Positions 28,046 to 38,726 of a DNA stretch of 64,000 nt are shown in pieces. The notes below the pieces were generated by a model, which was not told where the DNA came from, did no database searches, and was given only the letters and a program-made list of their open reading frames with translations. The stretch comes from Vulcanimicrobiota bacterium (lineage in GTDB: Bacteria > Vulcanimicrobiota > Vulcanimicrobiia > Vulcanimicrobiales > Vulcanimicrobiaceae): NCBI GenBank assembly GCA_019240525.1, contig JAFAYE010000001.1:33300-97299 (forward strand), read 5' to 3'. Made by a program: the position numbers and the translations under genes. Within the stretch, counting starts at the first letter, position 1. Each line of letters begins with the position of its first letter.

Positions 28046-30127
28046 TCAGGGCGGCGGCGTTCCGTTGACGGTGACGGCTACCGACGATCCAGGCGTCAGC
28101 GGCGTTCCCGCGCTGGGGTCCGTACCGATGACTTTGCCGCCGGCGCCGACGCTCGTCGTATATTCCCAACGTGCCACGGAGTAGCCGTACGCGTGCAACG
28201 TCTTGATCGCGTCTTCAGCCGTCATGCCCACTGTATCCGGAACCTCACCGGAGACGGAGAGCATCACAATAACCGTCGCACCCTGCTCGACTTCGCCGGC
28301 GGGTGGCGTTTGCGAGACAATCGTGCCGTTATTCGCGCTCTGCTGCACGTAGCGCACGGCAAACTGAAATCCGGCTTGCGTCAGCATCTGCCGCGCCGAA
28401 TCGTAGTCTTGACCCACGACGTTTGGCAACGTGGCGGTCGGGCCGGGATTGTTTTCCGAGGACGGTGCCGCATTGGGCATGCCGTTGTTGACGACCACGC
28501 GGACGATCGCGTTGCGATCGACCGTCGTTCCCTGCGTTACGTTCTGCGAAGCGACGGTGTCGGGCGGCATGCCCGGGACCGCCTGTGACGTATCCAGTGT
28601 AATGCCGCGCTGATTTGCCAGCGCCTTCGCCGCCTCGACCGACATTCCGATGAAGTTAGGAATTACTACCGGGGGCGGCCCGTTCGAAACCATGAGCGTG
28701 ACCCGACTTCCGTCGGGAACCTTCGTGCCGGGCTTAGGCGACTGGTCGATCACGTTGTCGCGAATCGTATTATCGAAGCGCCGCGCGATCGTGAGCGCGT
28801 AACCCTCTTGCTGCAGCGTCCGCTCCGCGTCGTTCATGCTGTAGCCGCGGACGTCCTCAAGTCCGCGTAGCGGCTTGCCATTGCTGACGACCAGCTCGAC
28901 GACCTGGTTTTTTTCGACCCTTGTGCCTACCGGAGGCGATTGCCGGATCACGTGATCCGGTGGGACCGTTTCGCTTGCACTTTTAGTGAAGCGAGTACGC
29001 AAACCGGCGTTGACGACCGCCTCTTGCGCGTCGGCCGTCGTCATGCCGGTGTAGTCGCCCACGGCGACGCCGCCGCCAAAGCTTGAAAATGGTTTGCCGA
29101 AGAGTAGGTAACCGATCGCCGTTGCCGCTAGAAGCGCAGCGACCAGTCCAAAGGCGATCCAGCCAGAGGCGCGCGGCGGCCGCTCGTCTTCTCGTGCAGT
29201 GTCGAGCCGATCGGGCAACGGCGAGCGTCGGGGCGGCAAACGGGTCGAGGCCATGGCGGTCGTGGGAGCATCGTCGGAGATGCGATAACCCGCAATGCTC
29301 GGCCGCTCGCGTGCCTCGCGTAGCGCCGTCGCGAGTTCGCTCGCCGATGAGAACCGATTTTCCGGCTTCTTCTGCAAGAGGCGGTTCACGATTGCGGCGA
29401 GGGCCGGACTTACTCCGGTCGCGCGCGTATCGATCGCTGGCACGGGATCGCCGATGTGCTTGAGCGCTACGGTCACGGGGGATTCGCCCGTATAGGGAAG
29501 CTTTCCGGTCAGCATTTGATATAGCACGACGCCGAGGCTGTAAAGATCGGATGTCTCGTGTACGTCATGCTCTTGCGCCTGCTCCGGCGAGATGTAGTAG
29601 ACACTGCCCATGACGAGGCCAGGTTTCGTGAGCGCCATCGTCTGCTGTGAAACCGCGCGCGCAATGCCGAAATCGGAGAGTTTCACGACATCGTCTTTAG
29701 TGACGAGGACGTTTGCCGGTTTGATGTCGCGATGCAGTAGCCCTTGTCGATGAGCATAGGCAAGCCCGCTGGCAATTTGCGCGGCGTAGTCGATCGCAAC
29801 TTGTTCGGGCAGCCGGCCGTCGGCGGCGATAATTTCGGCGAGCGACGGACCATCGACGAGCTCCATCACGATAAAATAGGTATCGTCCTGACGCCCGACG
29901 TCGTACGTGTTGACGATATTCGGATGCGAGAGCTTCGCCGCCGATTCGGCCTCCTGGTAAAAGCGGCGAACGAACTCGTCGTCGGCGGCGTACTGCTCGC
30001 GGAGCACCTTCACCGCGACGCGCCGCCGCAATAGGATGTCCGTTCCGCAGTAGACGAGCGCCATGCCGCCCTCCCCGAGCTTGCGGTCGAGGCGGTAACG
30101 GTTATTAAAGATCTTCTCTTCGATCAA
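28046..30127 (-). CDS. pknB: Ser/Thr protein kinase with five extracellular PASTA domains (PknB/Stk1-type)
   Basis: Kinase motifs GEGGMALVY, VAVK, HRDIKPANVL, DFGIA and SPEQ. One TM helix (WIAFGLVAALLAATAIGYLLF). Five ~65-aa PASTA repeats follow, each ending ...VSNG, VNNG, VSG or VNG. Confidence 0.95.
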   Translation of the reverse strand: MIEEKIFNNRYRLDRKLGEGGMALVYCGTDILLRRRVAVKVLREQYAADDEFVRRFYQEAESAAKLSHPNIVNTYDVGRQDDTYFIVMELVDGPSLAEIIAADGRLPEQVAIDYAAQIASGLAYAHRQGLLHRDIKPANVLVTKDDVVKLSDFGIARAVSQQTMALTKPGLVMGSVYYISPEQAQEHDVHETSDLYSLGVVLYQMLTGKLPYTGESPVTVALKHIGDPVPAIDTRATGVSPALAAIVNRLLQKKPENRFSSASELATALREARERPSIAGYRISDDAPTTAMASTRLPPRRSPLPDRLDTAREDERPPRASGWIAFGLVAALLAATAIGYLLFGKPFSSFGGGVAVGDYTGMTTADAQEAVVNAGLRTRFTKSASETVPPDHVIRQSPPVGTRVEKNQVVELVVSNGKPLRGLEDVRGYSMNDAERTLQQEGYALTIARRFDNTIRDNVIDQSPKPGTKVPDGSRVTLMVSNGPPPVVIPNFIGMSVEAAKALANQRGITLDTSQAVPGMPPDTVASQNVTQGTTVDRNAIVRVVVNNGMPNAAPSSENNPGPTATLPNVVGQDYDSARQMLTQAGFQFAVRYVQQSANNGTIVSQTPPAGEVEQGATVIVMLSVSGEVPDTVGMTAEDAIKTLHAYGYSVARWEYTTSVGAGGKVIGTDPSAGTPLTPGSSVAVTVNGTPPP

Positions 30128-30130
30128 CGC

Positions 30131-31537
30131 TTACGAGCCGGACGTCTGTAGTGCCGTACGCATGACTTCGCGAGCGATCGGAGCGGCGTAGGTGGCGCCG
30201 TAACCGACGTTTTCAACGACGACGGCGACCACGACGCGAGGATGCGCGGCGGGGGCGAAAGCTACAAACCATGCATGGGAACGGCCGAGCGGATTCGTCG
30301 CCGTTCCGGTCTTACCCGCGACGGCAATTCGAGGCAATTGGGCCGGAGTTCCGGTTCCGCGCTCCACGACGGCAACCATCATGCCCGTTACCTTCGCGGC
30401 GGTCTGCGCCGATACCGGGCTTTCGAGCGTTCCAGGGCTCGATGCGCTTTGAGAGACGCCGTCACGCAGCACGTTGCGCACGATGTACGGCCGCGGCTCG
30501 TCGCCGCCGTTGGCGATGGTCGCTCCGATCATTGCCATTTGCAGCGGCGTCATCAAGAGCGCGCCCTGCCCGAAGCCCATTTGGGCGAGTTCACCCGGCA
30601 CGATATCAGCCTTGGACGGTACGCGATTGCGCTGCGCTGGGAGCTGAAAGTCGAGGGAGTCGCCGATTCCCCAGCGGTTGAGATACTCGTAGAACGTATC
30701 CACGCCCATTTTCAATGCAATTTGCGCGAAGTCAACATTACTCGAGAGCGCAAATGCGGTCGTAAGATCGGCATAACCGGTGGCCTCGCTTTCGTTATCG
30801 TGCAGCGTGTAGTTGCCTACAACGAGATAGCCCGGATCCTCAAACTGCGAATCCAAGGTCACGGTATTGCTGTCGAGCGCCGCCGCTGCTGTGAAGATTT
30901 TAAACGTAGAACCGGGAGGATAGAGTCCATCGAGCGCGCGGTCGAGCAGCGGAGAGGCGGGATCCTCGCTGAGGGATGGGAAGTGCGAATCGAAATCATT
31001 AGGATCGTAGCTCGGCACGCTCGCCAGGGCGAGAACGGCGCCCGTGCGTGGATCCAGTGCGACCCCTGCGCCTCGCGCATGTTGCGAGAGCAACTCGAAA
31101 AGCTTGCTTTGAACGGCTGGGACGATGGTGGTGACGACATCGGCTCCCTGCGCTGCAACGCGGCTGCCGCGAAGCGTTGCCGCCAGCGCGCCAAGCTGCG
31201 CGAACGGATCGCCGCTCGAATCCGGCGACGTGAGGGCGCGATCGAACGCCCCCTCGATACCGCTGCTGCCGTATCGTACGGACCTATAGCCCACGGGCTG
31301 CGCGAGTTGCGGACCAAACGGGTAGACGCGCTTACCGTCGACCGTTTGGGCGAGTACCGTACCATCGCTGGCGAGAATACGCCCTCGTCCCCGGTCGAGC
31401 AAGGCGTGACGTGGATTCGCCGGCCGCGCGGCGATTTGCGGCGCTTCAAAGAGCTGGACGTAAATTTGACGTAATGCGATGACGCCGAAGAGCAGCACGA
31501 AGAACCCGGCGAGATCCCGAATCGCGCGGTTGGTCAC
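30131..31537 (-). CDS. pbpA: Class B penicillin-binding protein (PbpA/PBP2-type transpeptidase)
   Basis: N-terminal TM anchor. Motifs SxxK (PGSTFKIF), SxN (LSSNVDF) and KTG (GKTGTA). The GTG start overlaps the upstream ORF stop (GTGA at 31534-31537). Confidence 0.9.
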   Translation of the reverse strand: MTNRAIRDLAGFFVLLFGVIALRQIYVQLFEAPQIAARPANPRHALLDRGRGRILASDGTVLAQTVDGKRVYPFGPQLAQPVGYRSVRYGSSGIEGAFDRALTSPDSSGDPFAQLGALAATLRGSRVAAQGADVVTTIVPAVQSKLFELLSQHARGAGVALDPRTGAVLALASVPSYDPNDFDSHFPSLSEDPASPLLDRALDGLYPPGSTFKIFTAAAALDSNTVTLDSQFEDPGYLVVGNYTLHDNESEATGYADLTTAFALSSNVDFAQIALKMGVDTFYEYLNRWGIGDSLDFQLPAQRNRVPSKADIVPGELAQMGFGQGALLMTPLQMAMIGATIANGGDEPRPYIVRNVLRDGVSQSASSPGTLESPVSAQTAAKVTGMMVAVVERGTGTPAQLPRIAVAGKTGTATNPLGRSHAWFVAFAPAAHPRVVVAVVVENVGYGATYAAPIAREVMRTALQTSGS

Positions 31538-32313
31538 TTTTCGCGCAGCACGACGACGCCGTCGCGCGTTCGAACCGCCATATGCGAACGGCTCCCGTCG
31601 TGCTCGAGCAGCGTGTTGACGACGGCCTGCATCGTTGACTCGTCAAGGCCCGCGACGTTCAGCAACGCTTCCACATTGAGATCCTCAAGAAGCTCGGGCG
31701 CGACGTACGCGCACGAGGCAAGCGTCTCAAAGTGACGCGACTCATAGGGCGTCTCGCGCCAAGGGCCGCGTTTGCCGAAGGCCTGTCCGTGATAGTCCCA
31801 CGCGCACAACTGTTTTTCTTTCCATACAAAGTCGTCGCGGACGCAGAGCCGGCGGCATGCCGCACACTGGACGAGGGGCGCGGGCGTGCGTGCAAAGGCC
31901 TCGGCCATCTCGTCGGGCAGATCGTCTGCATTGAGAATGCTTTCCTCGTTGAGTTGCGCCGGAAACGCAGATTCCCAACCGGCTCGGGCGAGCAGCTCCA
32001 AATCGCGGACCGGGACGACGAACGCACGCTCGTCGTCGGGTGGAAACGTGCGATCCATCCAATCGACGAGACCAGACCGCGCGATGCTGACTTGTTGGCG
32101 GCCCTCGCCGATGACGATCCCCAGCGGCGTCCACGCGAGCGGTAGGAGCTGAGCGGAGATCGATTCGCCGTTCAGGCTATCGACGACGCCGAGCGTGCTG
32201 CTATTTGCTCCGATGACAAAGACCTGCGATACTCTTGCAGGCTCCGCGGCGGACCGGCTCGGCTTGCGAGCGCTTCCGCCAGCGCCCGCGCGGTATCGAG
32301 ACTCGTCAAACAC
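31534..32313 (-). CDS. Hypothetical cytoplasmic protein coupled to pbpA-pknB; start uncertain
   Basis: No TM segment or signal peptide. Cys motif CAACRRLC...C. The GTG at 32313 would overlap the carB 3' end by 142 nt. The first canonical start after the carB stop is the ATG at 32058 (174 aa). Confidence 0.5.
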   Translation of the reverse strand: MFDESRYRAGAGGSARKPSRSAAEPARVSQVFVIGANSSTLGVVDSLNGESISAQLLPLAWTPLGIVIGEGRQQVSIARSGLVDWMDRTFPPDDERAFVVPVRDLELLARAGWESAFPAQLNEESILNADDLPDEMAEAFARTPAPLVQCAACRRLCVRDDFVWKEKQLCAWDYHGQAFGKRGPWRETPYESRHFETLASCAYVAPELLEDLNVEALLNVAGLDESTMQAVVNTLLEHDGSRSHMAVRTRDGVVVLREK

Positions 32314-35300
32314 GCAATACTCGCTTCGACTGCCGCTCGGCGAATCTTGTAGTCATCGCTGATTTCGCGTGGTCCCTTTGCATCATTGATGACCAAATCT
32401 ACCCCGCGCGAACTGATGAGGTCGAGCACGTGCGGCGATCCGTCGGCAATTTTGTTGATGCCCTCGGTTGCAATGCCGGCCTCCCGAAGCGTACCGCGCG
32501 TGCCTGGAGTTGCCACCAACGTGTGTCCCATTGCGGCGTATGCTCGCAGGACTGGGACGAAGTCGTCCTTCTCTTCGTCGGCGATGGAGACAAGTATGCG
32601 GCCTCCGCTCCCGGGTAGGCGAATGCCCGCCGCGACGAATCCCTTGCGAAGCGCACCGGCAAAACTCTCGTCGATGCCGAGCACTTCGCCGGTCGATTTC
32701 ATTTCGGGCCCGAGGATGGTCTCGACGCCGCGCATCTTCGAGAACGAAAAAACCGGCACTTTCACCACGACGTATGGGATGTGCGGCCGCATTCCGAGAC
32801 CGTACTCCATGTCGCGCAGCTTCTCGCCAAGGGCGATCCTCGTTGCGGCGGCAACGAGATTGATTCCCGTCGCCTTTTGGATGATGGGGACGGTCCGGCT
32901 GGCGCGAGGGTTGGCTTCAATAATAAAGAGCGTTCGGTCGTGCAATACAAACTGAATGTTGATGAGTCCCTTGATCCCCAGCTCCCTTGCGATGGCAATG
33001 GTAAGGTCGCCGATGCGCCGCTCCATCGCGTCGTCGATTGACTGCACGGGATAGACGCTAATCGAGTCGCCGGAATGAATCCCGGCGCGCTCGATGTGCT
33101 CGAAGACGCCGGGAATAAGGATGTCATCGCCATCAAAAACAGCGTCGACTTCGAGCTCGAGTCCACGCAAGTACTTATCGACGAGCAACGGCGCGTCGGG
33201 AAGAATTGGCGGAGCCGCCTCGGCATATGCCGCAAGCTGCGCTTCGTTGTACACGATCTCCATCGCTCGACCGCCTAACACAAACGAGGGACGCACCAGC
33301 ACCGGGAAACCGAGCTCGCGCGCGATCGCGCGCGCTTCGCGAAAACTGCGGGCCGCTTTGCCTTCCGGGCGCGCGACGCCCAATCGCGAGAGCGCGGCGT
33401 CGAACTGTTCGCGGTTCTCGGCCATGTCGAGGGAGCGGCGGTCGCTGCCCACGATCGGGACCCCTCGGCGGCCGAGCTCCGCGGCCAGATTGATTGCCGT
33501 CTGTCCGCCGAAGGCCAGCATAACGCCTGACGCCCTTGTTGCACGATACGTGGCCTCGACTTCATCGGGGCCGGGCGGCTCGAAGACGAGCGTGTCGGAA
33601 ATATCGAAATCGGTCGAGACCGTCTCGGGGTTATTATTGATCACGACCGGCGAACGCCCGGCGTTCTTGAGAGCCCATGCCGCGTGGACGCAGCTGTAGT
33701 CGAACTCAATTCCTTGGCCGATCCGAATCGGCCCACTGCCGACGACGACGACGGCGTCGCGCGGCGTCGGTCGCATTTCGTCGAGCTCCCCGCGCGAAAG
33801 ATAATAGTACGGGGATTTCGCCGGAAACTCGGCGGCCGCGGTGTCCACCATGCGAAATGCGGGAGTTCCCGCCGCGCGGCCGTTACGATGCGCCGTCTGC
33901 TTCATCAGCCGCGCGACGCTGGTCGTCGAATAACCCGTTTGCAGCGCTTGCGCGATCTCGTCGTCAGATGGTGCGCCGCCAAGCCGCTCCTCGATTGCGA
34001 CGAGCTCGGTAAGTTCTCGCAGCCAGAAGCGATCGATCGAGCACAGCGAATGTATGTGCTCGATCGTTTCGGCTCGAGCCTCGGGGGGAGCGCGGCGCAG
34101 AAGCTCGCAAATTCCGAACAACCGCTCGTGGGTCGGGCGTACGACGATCGCGTCCAGCTCCGCGTTGCTCCACTCGGCCAACGCACCGGTAAGGGTCTCC
34201 CGCTCCAAGTCGAGTCCACGCACTGCCTTCAGAAGTGCGGCGCGAAAGCTTCGCCCGATGCCCATTGCCTCGCCGGTCGACTTCATCTGCGTGCCGAGCG
34301 TGGTATCGGCGATCGGAAACTTATCGAAGGGCCAGCGAGGGATCTTGACGACAACGTAATCGAGCGTCGGCTCGTAGGCTGCCTTGGTGATGCCGGTGAC
34401 CGGATTTGGAATTTCATCGAGCCGCTGACCCAACGCGATTCGCGTTGCGATCTTCGCAATTGGATAGCCTGTCGCTTTCGAGGCCAGCGCCGAACTCCGA
34501 GAAACGCGCGGATTCACTTCGATAATAGCGTACTCGCTGCGTTCCGGATGAAGTGCGAACTGGATGTTGCAGCCGCCTTGGACATCGAGCGCGCGGATGA
34601 CGTTGATGCTGGCGCTGCGCAGCATCTGATACTCGAGGTCCGAGAGCGTCTGCGACGGCGCGACCACGATTGAGTCGCCGGTGTGCACGCCGACGGGATC
34701 GACGTTCTCCATATTGCAAACGACGATGCAGTTTCCCGCACCGTCGCGCAGGACTTCGTATTCGATCTCTTTCCAGCCGAGCAGCGACGTTTCCAAGAGA
34801 ACCTGGTGGATGAGGCTCGCGTTCAGCCCCGCATTGAGCGTTTCACGCAACTGCGGTTCGTCGTAGACGATTCCGCCGCCGGTTCCGCCCAACGTATATG
34901 CCGGACGCACGACGAGCGGGTATCCGCTGCGTTGCGCGAACGCCAAACCCTGGTCGATCTCGGTAACGACCGCGCTCTCGGGAACGGGCTCACCGATTTC
35001 GAGCATCTTGAGCTTGAAGCGCTCGCGATCTTCGGCGAGACGAATCGTCTCGATGGGCGTCCCGAGAAGCTCCACGTTATAATCGCGAAGCACTCCGGCT
35101 TCATCCAACTCGACAGCGAGATTGAGGCCCGTCTGCCCGCCCAGCGTCGGTAGGAGCGCGTCCGGCCGCTCGCGGCCGATGATCTCGGCCACGGACGCAA
35201 CGGTGAGGGGTTCGAGGTAGACGGCATCGGCGATTTCCGGATCGGTCATGATCGTCGCCGGATTCGAGTTGACGAGGACGACCCGGTGGCCTTCCTCGCG

Positions 35301-35399
35301 GAGCGCGCGGCACGCCTGAACTCCCGCGTAATCGAACTCTGCAGCCTGACCGATCACGATCGGTCCCGACCCAATAACCATTACGCTGCGACGCGGCAC
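32172..35399 (-). CDS. carB: Carbamoyl-phosphate synthase large subunit
   Basis: 1075 aa. Starts [29 protein letters not shown]. Duplicated ATP-grasp halves and a C-terminal MGS-like domain. Confidence 0.98.
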   Translation of the reverse strand: MPRRSVMVIGSGPIVIGQAAEFDYAGVQACRALREEGHRVVLVNSNPATIMTDPEIADAVYLEPLTVASVAEIIGRERPDALLPTLGGQTGLNLAVELDEAGVLRDYNVELLGTPIETIRLAEDRERFKLKMLEIGEPVPESAVVTEIDQGLAFAQRSGYPLVVRPAYTLGGTGGGIVYDEPQLRETLNAGLNASLIHQVLLETSLLGWKEIEYEVLRDGAGNCIVVCNMENVDPVGVHTGDSIVVAPSQTLSDLEYQMLRSASINVIRALDVQGGCNIQFALHPERSEYAIIEVNPRVSRSSALASKATGYPIAKIATRIALGQRLDEIPNPVTGITKAAYEPTLDYVVVKIPRWPFDKFPIADTTLGTQMKSTGEAMGIGRSFRAALLKAVRGLDLERETLTGALAEWSNAELDAIVVRPTHERLFGICELLRRAPPEARAETIEHIHSLCSIDRFWLRELTELVAIEERLGGAPSDDEIAQALQTGYSTTSVARLMKQTAHRNGRAAGTPAFRMVDTAAAEFPAKSPYYYLSRGELDEMRPTPRDAVVVVGSGPIRIGQGIEFDYSCVHAAWALKNAGRSPVVINNNPETVSTDFDISDTLVFEPPGPDEVEATYRATRASGVMLAFGGQTAINLAAELGRRGVPIVGSDRRSLDMAENREQFDAALSRLGVARPEGKAARSFREARAIARELGFPVLVRPSFVLGGRAMEIVYNEAQLAAYAEAAPPILPDAPLLVDKYLRGLELEVDAVFDGDDILIPGVFEHIERAGIHSGDSISVYPVQSIDDAMERRIGDLTIAIARELGIKGLINIQFVLHDRTLFIIEANPRASRTVPIIQKATGINLVAAATRIALGEKLRDMEYGLGMRPHIPYVVVKVPVFSFSKMRGVETILGPEMKSTGEVLGIDESFAGALRKGFVAAGIRLPGSGGRILVSIADEEKDDFVPVLRAYAAMGHTLVATPGTRGTLREAGIATEGINKIADGSPHVLDLISSRGVDLVINDAKGPREISDDYKIRRAAVEASIACLTSLDTARALAEALASRAGPPRSLQEYRRSLSSEQIAARSASSIA

Positions 35400-35456
35400 T
35401 AAAGCGGCTCCATTACCTAGCTCGCATCGAAGTCCCTGGCTCGGTCGCCGTGCGAA

Positions 35457-36032
35457 CTACGGCTGCAGGCGCGTCATCTCCCAGAGGTTGCCCGACCGCG
35501 TATAGAGCATCCGCTCGTGCATTCGATTCGGCCGGCCTTGCCAAAATTCGATGCGCGACGGGGCAAGCAAATAGCCGCCCCAAGAATGCGGCCGCGGCAC
35601 TTCTTCTCCTTCGAACCGCGCGTCGAAATGCGCGAATCGTTCTTCGAGTACCGCGTACGATTCGAGCGGCTCGCTCTGCTCGGAGGACCACGCCGCGAGG
35701 CGATGACCGCGCGGTCGCGAGCTGAAGTAAGCGTCTGACTCGTCCTCGCCGAGCATCGCGACCTCGCCTTCCACGCGAGCTTGGCGATGGAGCTGCGGCC
35801 AATAAAGAACCGCCGCCGCGCGAGGATTTTGTGCGAGTTCGCGCCCCTTGCGGCTGAGATACGACGTGAAGAAGCGAAGCCCGCGCTCGTCGAGACCGCG
35901 CAGCAGCACGATCCGCGCCGACGGCTCCCCGCGCCCATCGGCGGTCGCTAAGCACATTGCGATTGCTTCGATGCTCCCGGCGCCTCCGGCATCGTCGAGC
36001 CATTGAGCGAGCAGCAGGATCGGATCGATCAC
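35457..36032 (-). CDS. pdxH: Pyridoxamine 5'-phosphate oxidase
   Basis: Carries RIVLLRGLDERGLRFFTSYLSRKGRELAQNPRAA...YFSSRPRGHRLAAWSSEQS...WGGYLLAPSRIEFWQGRPNRMHERMLY. The GTG start overlaps the VWA gene stop (GTGA). Confidence 0.9.
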   Translation of the reverse strand: MIDPILLLAQWLDDAGGAGSIEAIAMCLATADGRGEPSARIVLLRGLDERGLRFFTSYLSRKGRELAQNPRAAAVLYWPQLHRQARVEGEVAMLGEDESDAYFSSRPRGHRLAAWSSEQSEPLESYAVLEERFAHFDARFEGEEVPRPHSWGGYLLAPSRIEFWQGRPNRMHERMLYTRSGNLWEMTRLQP

Positions 36033-36949
36033 GGATAACGCCCTAAGCCAAAGCCTACAAGGAACGCCGCTAGCATCGAAACCGCTCCCGCGACCGCAAA
36101 GGGCAGTGAAGCATCGATTGGTTTAGGTTGCAGCGATGTAACACGCCCAAGGCGCGCAAGTGCGTCGCGAAGTTGCGTTGCATTCTCTGCGCGAGCGTAA
36201 GCGCCGCCGCTCGCTGCGGCATATCCGCGCAACGCCTCCTCGTCGATCGTGGCTTGCTCGTTCGTTCCCGGTATAAGACCGCCGTTCGGCGTACCGATCC
36301 CGACGGTATAGACGGGAATATGGTGAGCGCCCAGCCACTGCGCCATTTCCATCGGGTCGGTGCCGCTATTGTTGACGCCGTCGGTGATCAAGATTACGAC
36401 GCGATGTCCGGTCACCGGAAGCAGTTGCGCAGACAACTTGAGTGCGTCGCCGATTGCCGTGGCGCCGTTGGGAAGAGGTACCTGGTCGAGCGCCGCGACG
36501 ACCGATTGGTGATCGGCCGATAACGGCGACACCACGCCGGCCGCGCCGGCGAACGAAATGATGCCGATTTTTGTTCCCGCCGGGCTTTCACCAATGAAGG
36601 CTTGCGCCGCGGCTTTCGCCGCTTGCTCGCGCGTGGGAAGGACGTCGGACGATGCCATCGATCCTGACGTGTCGAGGCAAATGAAAACGGAACCGTCACG
36701 CACGGGCACCGGTATGGTCAAATGCGGCCCGGAAATCCCGAGAACCACGCCGGTCAGCGCCACGATCCAGAGCGCCTGCAGCGCGAACGGAATCCAACGT
36801 CGCGGTCTGATTGCTTCAACGAAGAAACCAACGTTCGAATAGGCCAAATCATTGGCGGTCTTCCGTCGCTGCAGGATCTGGTAGACTCCGGCAAAGAGCA
36901 CGACCGCGACGACGCCCAGCAACAGCCGCGCCGGATGCTCGACGGTCAC
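36029..36949 (-). CDS. VWA-domain membrane protein (BatA-like)
   Basis: The GTG at 36949 overlaps the DUF58 stop (GTGA). Two N-terminal TM helices, the MIDAS motif CLDTSGSM and a C-terminal TM helix. The N-terminal extension of the track ORF (to 37261) overlaps the DUF58 gene and is discarded. Confidence 0.8.
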   Translation of the reverse strand: MTVEHPARLLLGVVAVVLFAGVYQILQRRKTANDLAYSNVGFFVEAIRPRRWIPFALQALWIVALTGVVLGISGPHLTIPVPVRDGSVFICLDTSGSMASSDVLPTREQAAKAAAQAFIGESPAGTKIGIISFAGAAGVVSPLSADHQSVVAALDQVPLPNGATAIGDALKLSAQLLPVTGHRVVILITDGVNNSGTDPMEMAQWLGAHHIPVYTVGIGTPNGGLIPGTNEQATIDEEALRGYAAASGGAYARAENATQLRDALARLGRVTSLQPKPIDASLPFAVAGAVSMLAAFLVGFGLGRYP

Positions 36950-37755
36950 AGCCGGGGCAGACCGAACGCCGTGGCTAGCGACGCCACGCCGTCGGCTTCG
37001 CGGAGCACGCCAGTTCGCCAGTTCGCGCTTTCGAAGCGCCGGAGGAGCCCGGCCTCCCGCCGACGCACGGCCGCTTGAAAAGCCGTGCGTTCGCGGCGGC
37101 CAACGTACGCGCGCACCGCGCCGCCTTCGGCGCCGAGCATCCGTACCATACCTCGCAAAGGCAATGCGTCGTACCAAGGATCGCGTGCAACGAGCGCCGT
37201 GCAATCGAAACGCGCGCCGAGATCGGCGAGATCTCGATCGAGCGAAGGGTGCAGCTCCCACCAGTCGCCGATGGCGAGGAGCGCCGCGCCCCGAGGCAGC
37301 GCCGCGCGTGCCGTCCGCAGTATGCGAGGCAGATCGAAGTGCGGCGAACCGGCCCGAATTATCAGCGTGCGATGTGGGTTGCGTTGCAAGGCTGGCGGCG
37401 TGACGCCGTCGTCAGCCACGCGAATGCAGCGATCCTCGGAGCATGCGGCTCCAAACCATGCGGCTGACGCCTCGCGGCCGGCATCGAGCAGTGTGCGGCG
37501 ACGTCCGATCCGCATCGAGTGCGATTCGTCGAGGATGACGGCAAGCGTGAGTGCGACATCTTCCAAGACGACGCGCGTCTGCAGCTCGCCGGATCGCGCC
37601 GTCGCTGCCCAATCGATGCGGCGCACGTCGTCACCCGCGACGTACGAGCGCAACTCGACAAACTCATAGCCATCGCCGCGATAGATTGTCGGCGAGCCTG
37701 CACCCAAATGGCGCGGCCGGCGCCGCGCGCGCAGCAGCGCTTCGCGTAATGTCAC
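36946..37755 (-). CDS. DUF58-domain protein (MoxR-associated)
   Basis: GDGYEFVELRSYVAGDDVRRIDWAATARSGELQTRVVLED is the DUF58 signature. The GTG start overlaps the moxR stop (GTGA). Confidence 0.85.
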   Translation of the reverse strand: MTLREALLRARRRPRHLGAGSPTIYRGDGYEFVELRSYVAGDDVRRIDWAATARSGELQTRVVLEDVALTLAVILDESHSMRIGRRRTLLDAGREASAAWFGAACSEDRCIRVADDGVTPPALQRNPHRTLIIRAGSPHFDLPRILRTARAALPRGAALLAIGDWWELHPSLDRDLADLGARFDCTALVARDPWYDALPLRGMVRMLGAEGGAVRAYVGRRERTAFQAAVRRREAGLLRRFESANWRTGVLREADGVASLATAFGLPRL

Positions 37756-38726
37756 GGCGCCGGGACTGCGCCGATGATGGCGTCGATGACCGCGTCGGGG
37801 GCGATACCTTCGGCAGCAAGGCGATAGTTGAAGCCGATGCGGTGGCGCAGGGCGTGCGGCGCGATCGCTCGCACGTCGTCGGGCAGGGCAAAATCCCGCC
37901 GTGCAAGCAACGCGCGGGCTCTTGCAAGGAAGGCGAGCGCGAGCGTCGCGCGGGGGCTCGCGCCGTAGTCGATCAACTCCGACGCACGCAACGTAGCACC
38001 GGAGTTCGCACGAACCGTCACCCGTTCGCCTTGGCGGCTAATAGCAACGAGTTCGACGATGTAGCGCTTGAGTTTCTCGTCGATGTGTACGGCGTGGGCC
38101 CGGTCGCGCCAGGCGCGGACGTCGTCGAGCGTCGCAATTGCGCGTACGGGCTGCGTGTCGGCAACCGCAAAGCGATCGAGAATCCGCAACTCCTCCTCGC
38201 GCGACGGATAGCCAACGTTCACCTTCATCAGAAAGCGATCCATTTGCGCGATCGGCAACGCGTAGGTCCCTTCGGAGTCGAGCGGATTCATCGTTGCCAT
38301 CACGATAAAAGGGTCGGGCAGCGCAAAAGATTGCGGCCCGATCGTCACTTGACGCTCCTGCATCGCTTCCAACAGCGCCGACTGCACCTTTGCTGGTGCG
38401 CGATTGATCTCGTCAGCCAGAACGACATTGGCAAAGATCGGTCCGAGCACCGTCGTAAACGCGCTTTCACGCTGGTCGAAGATGCGGGTTCCGACGATGT
38501 CGCTCGGCAGCAAATCGGGCGTAAATTGAATGCGTTTGAATTCGCTTTCGAGCGCGGCCGCCAGCGAACGGCAAGCGAGCGTCTTGGCAAGACCAGGCGG
38601 TCCTTCGAGCAGGACGTGCCCGTTGCAAAGCAACGCCAGGAGCAACGCTTCGATGACTCCCTCTTGGCCGACGATCGTTTGCGCCAGCGCAGCGCGAAGT
38701 TCGGCGGGTTCACGCGCGGCGATCAT
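37752..38726 (-). CDS. moxR: MoxR-family AAA+ ATPase
   Basis: HVLLEGPPGLAKTLACRSLA, FKRIQFTPDLLPSDIVG and VLADEINRAPAKVQSALLEAMQE. I prefer the ATG at 38726, which directly follows the upstream stop at 38723-38725. Confidence 0.9.
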   Translation of the reverse strand: MIAAREPAELRAALAQTIVGQEGVIEALLLALLCNGHVLLEGPPGLAKTLACRSLAAALESEFKRIQFTPDLLPSDIVGTRIFDQRESAFTTVLGPIFANVVLADEINRAPAKVQSALLEAMQERQVTIGPQSFALPDPFIVMATMNPLDSEGTYALPIAQMDRFLMKVNVGYPSREEELRILDRFAVADTQPVRAIATLDDVRAWRDRAHAVHIDEKLKRYIVELVAISRQGERVTVRANSGATLRASELIDYGASPRATLALAFLARARALLARRDFALPDDVRAIAPHALRHRIGFNYRLAAEGIAPDAVIDAIIGAVPAP

